64,000 nt of DNA from an uncultured Polyangiales bacterium. GTDB taxonomy: Bacteria; Myxococcota_A; Polyangia; Polyangiales; JADJMO01. The DNA lies in the NCBI GenBank assembly GCA_964624885.1, contig CAZUZY010000005.1, forward strand, positions 1,305 through 65,304, in the 5' to 3' direction. Position 1 is the stretch's first letter, and every line of letters begins with the position of its first letter. This document shows positions 19,798-28,829 of the stretch, in pieces. The position numbers were made by a program, and so were the translations under genes. The notes beneath the pieces are model-generated. The model saw only the letters and a program-made list of their open reading frames with translations. It had not been told where the DNA came from and did no database searches.

Positions 19798-20856
19798 ATG
19801 AGGAACCAGAGAGGCTCGGCTCGGTACGCCTTCGTCGACGGCCTGCGCGGTCTTGCCGCTGTGTCGGTGATGCTGTTCCACCTCGGCACGGGTGACCTCC
19901 GGAGGCCGCTCGCGGACGGGCTGACCCCGCGCCTCCCCGCGGCCCTGGGCTACGGCTGGCTCGGGGTCCACGTGTTCTTCGTGCTGAGCGGGTTCGTCAT
20001 CGCGCACAGCATCGGGCGGAGCCGCATGACTGCGCGGAGCGCGTTCCGCTTCGTCCTGCGTCGACAGGTGCGCCTCGATCCACCCTACTGGTGCGCGATC
20101 GCCGTCGGCGTTGCCTTCGCGCTCGGGGCGCGGGCGCTCCGTCCCTCCGTGCCCCGCTTCGTCCCAGGGCCCACCGACGTCCTCGCGCACGTGTTCTACG
20201 TCTACGACCTGCTCGGTCGACCGGGAATCTCGGCGGTGTTCTGGTCGCTGGCCATCGAGGTGCAGTTCTACCTCCTGTTCGTGCTGATCCTCTGGCTCCT
20301 GCAGTCGTGGCCGCGCCTCGTGCCGTGGTTCGTGCTCGCGAGCGCGATCGCCTCGCTGTACTGGGCCCTGACCTGGCGCTACCCGCACGCGTGGTTCACC
20401 CAGCACTGGTACCTGTTCGCGCTCGGCGCGCTCGTGAGCTGGACGCTCGACCGGCGCACGCACGCGACGTTGCCGCTCGCGCTCGGGCTCGCGTTCGTGG
20501 TGGCCGGGGTTCGCCACGATCGGCTCGAGCCGGTGGCGGGAGGTGTCGTCGCCGCGCTCTTGCTGTTCGCGGGCGCTCGCGGCACGCTCGGACGATGGTT
20601 CGCGGCGCGGCCGCTGCAGTTCCTCGGCGTGGTCTCGTACGGGATCTATCTGTTCCACACGCCGTTCGCGGGCTCGCTGCACATGGGGCTCGCGCGGCTC
20701 GTCTCGCCGGCCACGCTGCGGGGGGCGCTCGTCATCCTCACCGCGCAGATCGGCGTGACGCTGCTCGTCGCGTGGGGGCTCCATCGGACGGTGGAAGGCT
20801 GGGCGATCCGGCTCGCGGGGCGCATCCGCTGGCAAGAGCCGTCGCCGCGCGAGTGA
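19798..20856 (+). CDS. Acyltransferase 3 family (O-acyltransferase) membrane protein
   Basis: VDGLRGLAA..VMLFH, GVHVFFVLSGFVI, WSLAIEVQFY, SYGIYLFH, multiple TM segments. Confidence 0.93.
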   Translation: MRNQRGSARYAFVDGLRGLAAVSVMLFHLGTGDLRRPLADGLTPRLPAALGYGWLGVHVFFVLSGFVIAHSIGRSRMTARSAFRFVLRRQVRLDPPYWCAIAVGVAFALGARALRPSVPRFVPGPTDVLAHVFYVYDLLGRPGISAVFWSLAIEVQFYLLFVLILWLLQSWPRLVPWFVLASAIASLYWALTWRYPHAWFTQHWYLFALGALVSWTLDRRTHATLPLALGLAFVVAGVRHDRLEPVAGGVVAALLLFAGARGTLGRWFAARPLQFLGVVSYGIYLFHTPFAGSLHMGLARLVSPATLRGALVILTAQIGVTLLVAWGLHRTVEGWAIRLAGRIRWQEPSPRE

Positions 20857-20901
20857 CGGCGCGCCGGTGGCTCGAGGCACGAGGGCGTGTAGGCTGTGCC
20901 C

Positions 20902-21618
20902 ATGGGCGACCCCGGCCTGTCACCGTGTCTCCGTTGCCGGCGTCACGTCCGCACCGACGAGCCCTGCTGCCCGTTCTGCGAGGCGACGCTGCCGTCGCGC
21001 TCGGCGGCCCCGTACGCCCTGCCGCGCCTCTCCCGGGCGGCGCAGACCGCGATGCAGCTGGCATTCGGTGCGGCGCTGCCGTTCGCCTGCGCGACCGCGA
21101 GCACCGAGGTCGTCACCCGGGACCCGGCCGCGGTCGGCTCGGCGAGCGCCTCGACCGCGCCTTCCGCCTCGCCGAGCGCCTCGGCCAGTGCCAGCGGCTC
21201 CGCCAGCGCGTCGGTCTCGCCGATGGCGAGCGCGGTGCCCATCTACGGCTCGAACCAGATCGTCGTCCTGGTCATCGTCCAGCACCCGGTCGGCAGCGCG
21301 AAGATCGAGAAGGCAAGCGAGCCGATCGTCGACGCCGTGGCGGTCACGCTGCGCGACCACCCGGAGCTCTATCTGCGCGTCGTGGGCCACGCCGAGGTCG
21401 TCGAGGGCAAGGACGCCGCCGCGCGCCTGGCCCTCGCGAAGAAGCGCGCCGAGGCGGTCGTGGCGGCGGTGGTCGCCCAGGGCATCGACCCGAAGCGCCT
21501 TACCGTTGAGGCGGCGTCGACCCCGCCGACCAGCGGTGCGAGTGAGAACCGCGTACGCAACCGCGCCACCTCCTTCGTGGTCACCGACGCCGCGGGCAAG
21601 CCGCTCGGCGGGAGCTGA
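20902..21618 (+). CDS. Cys-motif (CxxC...CPFC) protein fused to a degenerate OmpA-like C-terminal domain
   Basis: CLRCRRHV..EPCCPFC, lipobox-like PFAC, Ser/Ala linker, VVGHAE..LAKKRAEAV...GIDPKRL...NRA. Confidence 0.7.
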   Translation: MGDPGLSPCLRCRRHVRTDEPCCPFCEATLPSRSAAPYALPRLSRAAQTAMQLAFGAALPFACATASTEVVTRDPAAVGSASASTAPSASPSASASASGSASASVSPMASAVPIYGSNQIVVLVIVQHPVGSAKIEKASEPIVDAVAVTLRDHPELYLRVVGHAEVVEGKDAAARLALAKKRAEAVVAAVVAQGIDPKRLTVEAASTPPTSGASENRVRNRATSFVVTDAAGKPLGGS

Positions 21619-21627
21619 GGTAGCGCG

Positions 21628-22116
21628 CTACTCCTCGGCGACGACGCCGCGCGCGGCGAGGAGCTCGCGGGCCTCTGCCACGAGATCCGGGTGTGCGCGG
21701 AACAGGATGGCGGCGGTCTCGAGCGGCGCGCAGAGCAGGAACTGCACGCCCAGGGAGTGACCACGACCACTCGGAGAGCGCGTGGCCTCGGCGATCAGCT
21801 GCTCCGCGGTGCGCGGGGTGGCGACCGGCGCGACGCGCGCGACGGGCGGGGGCAGCGTGCGTCGCCGCGCGCGGGCCCGCGCGAAGTAGCGGATCATCAT
21901 CGCCCGCTCCTCGACGCGGTCGAGGCAGTCGCAGGCGTGCTCGACGACGCGAGGGTGGACGCCGAGGGTGATGGCCACGGACTCCACGGGGGCGCGGCGC
22001 ACGAAAGCGAGCCCGTGCTCGAGGGCGCTGCTGCGCTCGACGAGATCGAGCACCTCGCGCAGGCGCTCGTCAGGGGTGTTCTTGGGCACTGCCTCGAGCG
22101 AGTCGTGTGCGGTCAT
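21628..22116 (-). CDS. Hypothetical protein with internal two-fold repeat
   Basis: FVRRAPVESVAITLGVHPRVVEHA vs FLLCAPLETAAILFRAHPDLVAEA. Upstream GAGG-type RBS. Confidence 0.65.
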   Translation of the reverse strand: MTAHDSLEAVPKNTPDERLREVLDLVERSSALEHGLAFVRRAPVESVAITLGVHPRVVEHACDCLDRVEERAMMIRYFARARARRRTLPPPVARVAPVATPRTAEQLIAEATRSPSGRGHSLGVQFLLCAPLETAAILFRAHPDLVAEARELLAARGVVAEE

Positions 22117-22314
22117 CGCCGTGCCTCCGGGTCGAGGAGGTACAGCGGTGGAGCCGCGCTCGCAAGCGCGCGACCCTTGTTTTCTCGGTGCGTACGCGAG
22201 GTTGCACCCCGCGATCGTGACGCGTCGCGGTCGACGCGACGCGCGAAGAACGTTCCGTCAATCATCGTTGCCGTCGTGCGGCATCCATCACGACGTGGGG
22301 GGCCGAATCAATGC

Positions 22315-23223
22315 TCAGAACTCGGCGCGGACGAACAGCGAGGCGCGGGGGATCACGAAGTCGCCGAGCCAGTGCTCGTTGCTCGTGACGAACCCGATCG
22401 TCTTGCCGTCGGGCGTCACCGGCTGGCCGTAGACCTTGTTGCCCGACGCATCCAACGTGTAGTCGTCCGGCCCGTTGACCGGGGTCTGCCGCAGGGCCTT
22501 GGTCGGGGTGACGTCGGCGAAGCCGATCAAGGCACCGAGCCCGAGGCCCACCTGGAACATCGAGCCGAGCGGCACCGCGAGCCGGACCTCGGGGACGATC
22601 ACGAACGTGAACCCGAGCGATGCGGTGTCGTCGGCGGGCCCCATCGGGCGCTCGGTGGGCGCGTTCTTCACCGTCGCCGACGAGCAGTCCGTCTGGCCGG
22701 TCGGGACGAGCGGCCCGTCCGGCCGAGTGTCCTGCCGCAGGCACGGGGTCGTCCCGGCCCTCCGCATGGCCAGCTCGCCACCCATCAGCCCACCGAGCCC
22801 GAGCCCGACCCGCAGCACGACCGGCTGCGTGATCACGTCGAAGTGGGCCCCGGCCGTGAGCAGGTACGCGTGGAACTCCGTCTCGTCGGTCGCGTTCACC
22901 GCCACCGAGGCGTTCTCTCCGATGAGGTTCACGCGGCGCGCCACGCTCGCCTTCCAGCCGACGGAGCCGAAGCCCACCGCGAGCCGCACCCGCGGGTACA
23001 CCTCGTAGTCCACGCCGACGCCGTAGAGCAGCCCGCTCGGCTTCTTGCGCGACGAGCAGGTCGCCGGGCCACCACAGGAGGCGTCCTGGTCGCTGCCTTG
23101 CCCGAAGAGCCCGTAGACACCGCCGACGTGGAGGTCGACGCCCAGCTTGCGGTGAGCTTCTTGGGCGACGGCGGGCGTCGCCGCGAGGAGAGCGACCAGA
23201 CCGACGGCGAGTCCAGGCTTCAT
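22315..23223 (-). CDS. Outer-membrane beta-barrel protein (OmpW/OmpA-TM-like) with Cys-bridged loops
   Basis: Signal peptide, alternating strands (YGVGVDYEV, VRLAV), C-terminal Phe (FVRAEF). Confidence 0.7.
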   Translation of the reverse strand: MKPGLAVGLVALLAATPAVAQEAHRKLGVDLHVGGVYGLFGQGSDQDASCGGPATCSSRKKPSGLLYGVGVDYEVYPRVRLAVGFGSVGWKASVARRVNLIGENASVAVNATDETEFHAYLLTAGAHFDVITQPVVLRVGLGLGGLMGGELAMRRAGTTPCLRQDTRPDGPLVPTGQTDCSSATVKNAPTERPMGPADDTASLGFTFVIVPEVRLAVPLGSMFQVGLGLGALIGFADVTPTKALRQTPVNGPDDYTLDASGNKVYGQPVTPDGKTIGFVTSNEHWLGDFVIPRASLFVRAEF

Positions 23224-23265
23224 CGAGCCTGAGTCGCCGCGGCCGTGCTTTCGTTTCGGACCCGA

Positions 23266-24243
23266 CTACGACGCCGCCTTGCCCGGCTCCTTGTCGGGAG
23301 ACGACGGCGTGTGGATCACCGGGCCGCTGCGCACCACGTTCGAGCGCAGCCGCTGGTCGAGGACCTCCTCGGCCCGACGCCCGGCGGCGATCATGGCGGC
23401 GAGATCGACGCCCGTCTTGGTCCCCATCTCGTCGAGCAGCGCGACCAGGTCCTCGGTGCAGGTGTTGCCGGTGAAGCCGGCCGAGTACTTCGACGCGCCG
23501 GTGGCGGGCTGACCACCGATGGCGCCGAGCGAGGTGTCGACGTAGCGCACCCCCATCTCGAGCATGGCGACCGAGTTCACGACGCCGGTGCCGCGCGTGT
23601 CGTGGAAGTGGGCGATGAACTCGACCTTCGGGAACAGCGCCTTGAGGTGGCCGATGCGCTGCCGCACCAGCACCGGGTTCGCGACGCCGGTGGTGTCGCC
23701 GAGCATGATCGTCTGGGCGCCCTCCTCGAGGTAGAAGCGCGTGATCTTCTCGACGTCCTCGACGGGCACGTCGCCGCCCACGGGGCAGCCGAACACCGTG
23801 CCGGCGCAGCCGACGACGCGGATGCCGAGGGCGTGGGCGCGCTTCATGATGCGCGCGTGCTCGGCCATGGCCTGTTCGTGGCTCATGCGGAAGTTGAGCA
23901 GGTTGTGCCGCTCGCTGGAGGAGATCATCAGGATGATCTCGTCGCAGCCGTAGCCCTCCTTCTGGCACACCTCGAGGCGATCGAAGCCCTTCTCGTTCGG
24001 CATCAGCACGAGGTGCGAGACACCCGGTCGACGCTGGATGCCCTTGAGCACCTCGACGCAGTCGGCGAACTGCGGCAGCAGCTTCGGATGCGAGAACGAG
24101 GTGACCTCGACCTTCTTGAAGCCCGCGCCGGTGATGCGATCGATCATCTCGATCTTGCGCTCGGTGGGGACGAGGATCGGCATCGACTGCAGGCCGTCAC
24201 GGGCCCAGCACTCACAGACGGTCACGGATTCGGGAATCGCCAC
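23266..24243 (-). CDS. HMG-CoA lyase-like DRE-TIM metallolyase
   Basis: RDGLQS, VEVTSF, FGCP, LGDTTG..NP, HFHDTRG, GNTCTEDLV, strong GAGGAGG RBS. Confidence 0.88.
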   Translation of the reverse strand: MAIPESVTVCECWARDGLQSMPILVPTERKIEMIDRITGAGFKKVEVTSFSHPKLLPQFADCVEVLKGIQRRPGVSHLVLMPNEKGFDRLEVCQKEGYGCDEIILMISSSERHNLLNFRMSHEQAMAEHARIMKRAHALGIRVVGCAGTVFGCPVGGDVPVEDVEKITRFYLEEGAQTIMLGDTTGVANPVLVRQRIGHLKALFPKVEFIAHFHDTRGTGVVNSVAMLEMGVRYVDTSLGAIGGQPATGASKYSAGFTGNTCTEDLVALLDEMGTKTGVDLAAMIAAGRRAEEVLDQRLRSNVVRSGPVIHTPSSPDKEPGKAAS

Positions 24244-24503
24244 GGGAGCCTCCTCGACTTCGGTCCTGGAAACGGCGAGACGGTGGAAGCTCCGCGGGGG
24301 GACTTCAAGGCGCGACGCCCCGAAGCCCGCCTGCGCGCGACGAATGGGCGCGTCATGGGCTGTCTTTGGTCAAGATTCGTCGCGATGGGTCCCGGGGGAG
24401 ATCGCGGTTTTCGGTCTGATTTGGCCAATTTCGCGGTCCCCCCACGGTGGAGGGTGGGGGCGCGCTGGTAGCGTCGTCGAGCGCCTCGCGCAGGGAGGGT
24501 CCA

Positions 24504-25412
24504 TTGAACAAGTCGTCCGCCATCGGTCTCCGGGTCGTCGGTTTCCTCGTCGCCTCGCTCTCGCTCGTGCCGAGCATCGCCTGCAGCAAGAGCGACGCCG
24601 ACACGAAGAAGAAGTCGAGCGACGACGAGGACGACAAGCCGAAGAAGAAGAAGCGCAAGGCACCGAAGCTCCCTGACGACCAGTTCGACCAGAAGTCGAT
24701 CGATGGTGGCATGGAGCTGCTCGACAGCGAGAAGCCCGTCGCTTTCGCCGGCGTGGCCGAGCTGCAGGTGCCCGGCGGGGCCACGCGCAAGATCGACGCC
24801 CTCGGCGACGCTGGTCTCGTCACCTACCAGTACAAGACCTCACGCGACAAGGCGTTGGTGGGCTTCCTCGCACTGCTTGCGGAGAACGACTGGAAGGTCG
24901 ACGAGTGGAAGCGCCTCGAGACGGGGAGCGCCATGTTCCAGATCGCCAAGGAGGGCGAGAAGCACCAGTGCATCGGCGGCGCGCCGAAGGGCGAGGAGCG
25001 CACGGCCGGCAATCTCACGTGCTTCGTGCCCATCAAGGTGCTCAAGAAGAAGTACCCCATCGGCCTGCGCTTCGTGAGCACGCCCGAGAAGGTCAAGGCG
25101 CCGTGGAGCAACGACAAGGCCCCGTGGCCGGGCAAGGTGACCCGCATCTACGGCAAGCTCGGCTTCGTGGAGTACAACGACGGCAGCAAGGCCTGGCAGA
25201 AGCTCGACCAGATGGAGCCGCCGCAGGAAGCGGATCTCGACCCGAAGGACGACTGCGGGTTCGAGGTGAAGGACAAGGTCAAGGCGCCGTACGCGACCAA
25301 CCAGACCCTGTTCGGCGCCAAGGTCAAGGAGATCTACGGACACTTCGCCTTCCTCGAGTACGACGACAAGAACGTGATGTGGGCCGATTGCACGGCGATG
25401 AAGAAGCCCTGA
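24504..25412 (+). CDS. Lipoprotein with two C-terminal Tudor/Agenet-like (SH3-fold) repeats
   Basis: TTG start after GGAGG, lipobox SIAC, repeats EKVKAPW..WPGKV..IYG..GFVEYNDG..W and DKVKAPY..FGAKV..IYG..AFLEYDD..W. Confidence 0.65.
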   Translation: MNKSSAIGLRVVGFLVASLSLVPSIACSKSDADTKKKSSDDEDDKPKKKKRKAPKLPDDQFDQKSIDGGMELLDSEKPVAFAGVAELQVPGGATRKIDALGDAGLVTYQYKTSRDKALVGFLALLAENDWKVDEWKRLETGSAMFQIAKEGEKHQCIGGAPKGEERTAGNLTCFVPIKVLKKKYPIGLRFVSTPEKVKAPWSNDKAPWPGKVTRIYGKLGFVEYNDGSKAWQKLDQMEPPQEADLDPKDDCGFEVKDKVKAPYATNQTLFGAKVKEIYGHFAFLEYDDKNVMWADCTAMKKP

Positions 25413-25479
25413 AGGTCTGCCCACGTGGCAGCAGCCTCGGTCGTTGACCGGGGCGCCGAGGAGGCAGAGCATCGGCCCC

Positions 25480-28400
25480 ATGGGTGGGGTCGCAAGGCTG
25501 CGGAGGGGTTGCCTCGTCGGGTGCGTGCTGGTCGGCTGCTCGGTCGACCCTTCGCCGAGTGGCACGCTGCGACGCAGCGTCGACGAGGTGCAGTGGACGG
25601 TGGCGAGCCCACCCGGGGTGGTCCGCTCGGGCCACACCGCGACGCTCCTCGCTGGCGGGAAGGTGCTGGTGACGGGGGGCACCGACGGCACGACCGGTCG
25701 CGACAGCGCGACGGTCTTCGACCCGGCGACCAACGAGTGGGCGCCGACCAAGCCGATGGCCGAGCGGCGGGGGCTCCACTGCGCCGCGCGCCGCCCGGAC
25801 GGCTCGGTCGTCGTGGTGGGCGGAATCACGAGCAGTGCCACCACGGTGACTGCGAGCGCCGATCTCTTCGATCCCGCCACAGCCACGTTCTCGAAGCTGC
25901 CCTCGCTCGCCGTCGGTCGCCGTCGCCACGCCTGCGTGGCGCTCGCGAGCGGGGCCGTCCTCGTCGTCGGGGGCGAGGACGCCACCACCACGGCCCTCGC
26001 GTCGGCCGAGCTCCTCGAGGTCGGGGCCAGCGCGTGGAAGACCCTGGCCCCGATGAACGCCGTGCGACAGGCGCCGCAGCTCGCGCTCGCCGGCGACGGA
26101 CGCGTCGTCGCGGCCGGCGCCAAGACTGCCGACGTGTACGACCCCAAGACCAGCGTGTGGACCGCGGCGCCGAGCGCGATTCCGGAGGGCTCCGCGGCCG
26201 TGGCGCTGAGCGACGGGCGGGTGCTGGTCGCCGGCTACGGCGCGGGGACCTCGGTGGTCTTCGACCCCTCCACGAGCGCCTGGAAGTCGACCAAGCCGAT
26301 GGCCAAGGCGCGGGCCGGCCTGACCGGTACGCGGCTCTCGAACGGACAGGTGCTCGCGCTCGGAGGCCTGCAGCCCCCGAGCAAGCTCCTCCCCGACGCC
26401 GAGCTTTTCGATCCGGTCACTGGCGCGTGGACGACGATCGAGCCCATGCGCGCCGAGCGCCTCGGTCACACTGCGACCCTGCTGGACGACGGGCGCGTGC
26501 TCGTCGTCGGTGGGGCGAGCGGCGTCACCATCCCGCCTCCCGAGCTGTTCAACGCGCCGAACGGCGTGTCCTGCGCCACCAACGACGTGTGCGCCTCGGG
26601 GCTGTGTCGGGACGGCCGTTGCTGCGACACGGCTTGCAACGGCGCGTGCGAGGCCTGTGACGTGAAGGGCAAGGAGGGGACCTGCTCGCCGATCGACGGC
26701 GCCCCCCGCGCGGCCCACGCGAGCTGCACGCCCTACACCCAGTGCGTGGCGGGCGCTTGCGGCGCGAGCTGCGCGAGTGACGCCGACTGCACCAAGGGCA
26801 ATCTCTGCTTCACCCCCACCAAGCGATGCGCGCCGGAGAAGGGCCTCTGCGACGGGGATCGAAAGGTGCTCCACGCCGACGGGACCGTCGCCGCCGACTG
26901 CGGCGCCTACGCCTGCACGCCGGCCGGCGAGTGCAACAAGACGTGCGGGACCACGCTCGACTGCGCCCGCGGGTTCGCGTGCGAGGGCACGACCTGCGTC
27001 GCGGTCGCGGCGCCGGAGCCGGTCGACCCAGGCTGCAGCACCTCCCGTCGCCCGGGCGGCGCGCAGCCGCTCTTCCTCCTCGTGCTCGGCGCCCTGCTCG
27101 GACGGAGGGCGCTACGACGCCTGGGCTTCCTCTTCGGGGGCGTGGTCGGGTGCCACGTCGAGAGCGCCCCGCCCGTCGAGCAACGCAGCGAGGCGGCCAC
27201 CTACGTGCCCGGCGGCCTCATGCAGAACAACGCCCGCATCTACCACTCGATGACCGCGCTCGACGACGGGCGCGTTCTCGTCGTCGGCGGGCTCACCAAG
27301 GCGGGCACCGTCGCGGAGCTCTACGACCCGAAGCCCGGCACCTGGTCGCTCGCGAGCGCCACCGCGACGGCCCACGCCAACCACACCGCGACCAAGCTCG
27401 CCGACGGGCGCGTCGTGGTGATCGGCGGGCAGTCGGCCACCGCGGCGACCGAGATCTACGACCCGGTGGCGAACGGCTGGAGCAAGCTCGCGTCGCCGGC
27501 GACCCGCCGCGAGGAGCACGAGAGCGTCCTGCTCGCCGACGGGCGGGTGCTCGTGATCGGCGGGCGTCCGGCGGGCGGATCCCCCACCGCCAAGGTCGAG
27601 ATCTTCGATCCCGCCACGGGTGCTTTCACGGCGGCGGCGAGCATGGCGACCGCGCGCTCCACGTTCCTCGCCGTGCGCCTGAAGGACGGTCGGGTCTACG
27701 TGAACGGTGGCCTCGGCGTCTCCGCGGCGGAGCTCTACGATCCGACGACCGACACCTGGACCAAGACCAAGCCGCTGCCGAAGGCGCGCGACACCCACGC
27801 GGGGGCGCTCCTCGCCGACGGTGGGGTCCTCGTCGTCGGCGGGCAGGATCCCGACGTGCTGCGCTGGGACCCGACGTCCGACACGTTCGGCAAGCTCGGC
27901 GCGCTCGCCGACGTGCGCCTCGGGCTGACCATCACGCCCCTCCTCGACGGCCGCGTGTTCGTCGCGGGCGGCACCGACGCCACCGAGTCCTTCCCGACCG
28001 CGGCGACCGCGCTGGTCGATCCCACGGCCGGCACCGTCACGCCGTTCACCCGCCTGCTCTCGCCTCGCAGTAGCCATCGCGCGGCGCTCTTGCCCGAGGG
28101 GCGCGTGCTGCTGGTCGGTGGGGTCACCATCTTCGACCTCTCCGACCCGGTGCTCGCCGTGCCCGAGGTGCTCGAGCTCATGAAGGGCCACCCGTGCACC
28201 GAGGCCAGTCAGTGCGCCAGCGGGTTCTGCACCGACGGGCGGTGCTGCGATCGCGGATGCACCGAGGCGTGCAGTGCCTGCAACGTCGCTGGCAAGGAGG
28301 GGACCTGCTCGCCGATAGAGGGGCGGCCCCTCGCGGGGCACGAGACGTGCGCGCCCTACGGGACCTGCAGCGGCGGCGGCTGCGTGGGCGTCTGTGCCTC

Positions 28401-28749
28401 GGACGCGGACTGCTCGACGGACCACGTCTGCGATGTCGCGACCCACGCCTGCGTCGAGCCCAAGGCCACCTGCGACGGGCTCTCGACCGTGACCGACAAG
28501 GCGAGCAGCCTGACCCGGGACTGCGCGCCGTATCGCTGTCGGAGCAACGGCACCTGCGTCCAGCGCTGCACGACCTCGGACGACTGCGTCGGTGGCTCCG
28601 CGTGCGCGGGGAACCGCTGCGAGGCAGCCGCCCCCGCGGGCCCGGACTGCTCTCTACAGCCGACGGGGCCGGGTCGGGGCCCCGGGCTCCTCGGCGCGGC
28701 TTTCGTGTTCGTCGCCACGCTGGGACTCGCGCGACGGCGCCCGCGGTGA
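25480..28749 (+). CDS. Double Kelch-propeller / Cys-rich surface protein with two MYXO-CTERM-like signals (in-frame tandem fusion)
   Basis: Two sets of RxGHTATLLxDGRVLVVGG repeats, two homologous C..C.SG.C.DG.CCD..C...C.AC...GKEGTC modules, internal GCSTS..LFLLVLGALLGRR and terminal DCS..hydrophobic..RRRPR. Confidence 0.85.
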   Translation: MGGVARLRRGCLVGCVLVGCSVDPSPSGTLRRSVDEVQWTVASPPGVVRSGHTATLLAGGKVLVTGGTDGTTGRDSATVFDPATNEWAPTKPMAERRGLHCAARRPDGSVVVVGGITSSATTVTASADLFDPATATFSKLPSLAVGRRRHACVALASGAVLVVGGEDATTTALASAELLEVGASAWKTLAPMNAVRQAPQLALAGDGRVVAAGAKTADVYDPKTSVWTAAPSAIPEGSAAVALSDGRVLVAGYGAGTSVVFDPSTSAWKSTKPMAKARAGLTGTRLSNGQVLALGGLQPPSKLLPDAELFDPVTGAWTTIEPMRAERLGHTATLLDDGRVLVVGGASGVTIPPPELFNAPNGVSCATNDVCASGLCRDGRCCDTACNGACEACDVKGKEGTCSPIDGAPRAAHASCTPYTQCVAGACGASCASDADCTKGNLCFTPTKRCAPEKGLCDGDRKVLHADGTVAADCGAYACTPAGECNKTCGTTLDCARGFACEGTTCVAVAAPEPVDPGCSTSRRPGGAQPLFLLVLGALLGRRALRRLGFLFGGVVGCHVESAPPVEQRSEAATYVPGGLMQNNARIYHSMTALDDGRVLVVGGLTKAGTVAELYDPKPGTWSLASATATAHANHTATKLADGRVVVIGGQSATAATEIYDPVANGWSKLASPATRREEHESVLLADGRVLVIGGRPAGGSPTAKVEIFDPATGAFTAAASMATARSTFLAVRLKDGRVYVNGGLGVSAAELYDPTTDTWTKTKPLPKARDTHAGALLADGGVLVVGGQDPDVLRWDPTSDTFGKLGALADVRLGLTITPLLDGRVFVAGGTDATESFPTAATALVDPTAGTVTPFTRLLSPRSSHRAALLPEGRVLLVGGVTIFDLSDPVLAVPEVLELMKGHPCTEASQCASGFCTDGRCCDRGCTEACSACNVAGKEGTCSPIEGRPLAGHETCAPYGTCSGGGCVGVCASDADCSTDHVCDVATHACVEPKATCDGLSTVTDKASSLTRDCAPYRCRSNGTCVQRCTTSDDCVGGSACAGNRCEAAAPAGPDCSLQPTGPGRGPGLLGAAFVFVATLGLARRRPR

Positions 28750-28754
28750 CGACT

Positions 28755-28829
28755 GGGACGGTCCGGGAGCGACCTAGCCAACTCGGAGCGGAGGACCGGA
28801 CGGGGACGGTCCGGGAGCGACAGAGCCAA
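28755..28829 (-). repeat. One full plus one partial copy of the 48-bp repeat, inverted relative to 3841-3936
   Basis: Full unit 28782-28829, 27-bp partial 28755-28781, few mismatches to the murA-proximal copies. Confidence 0.9.
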
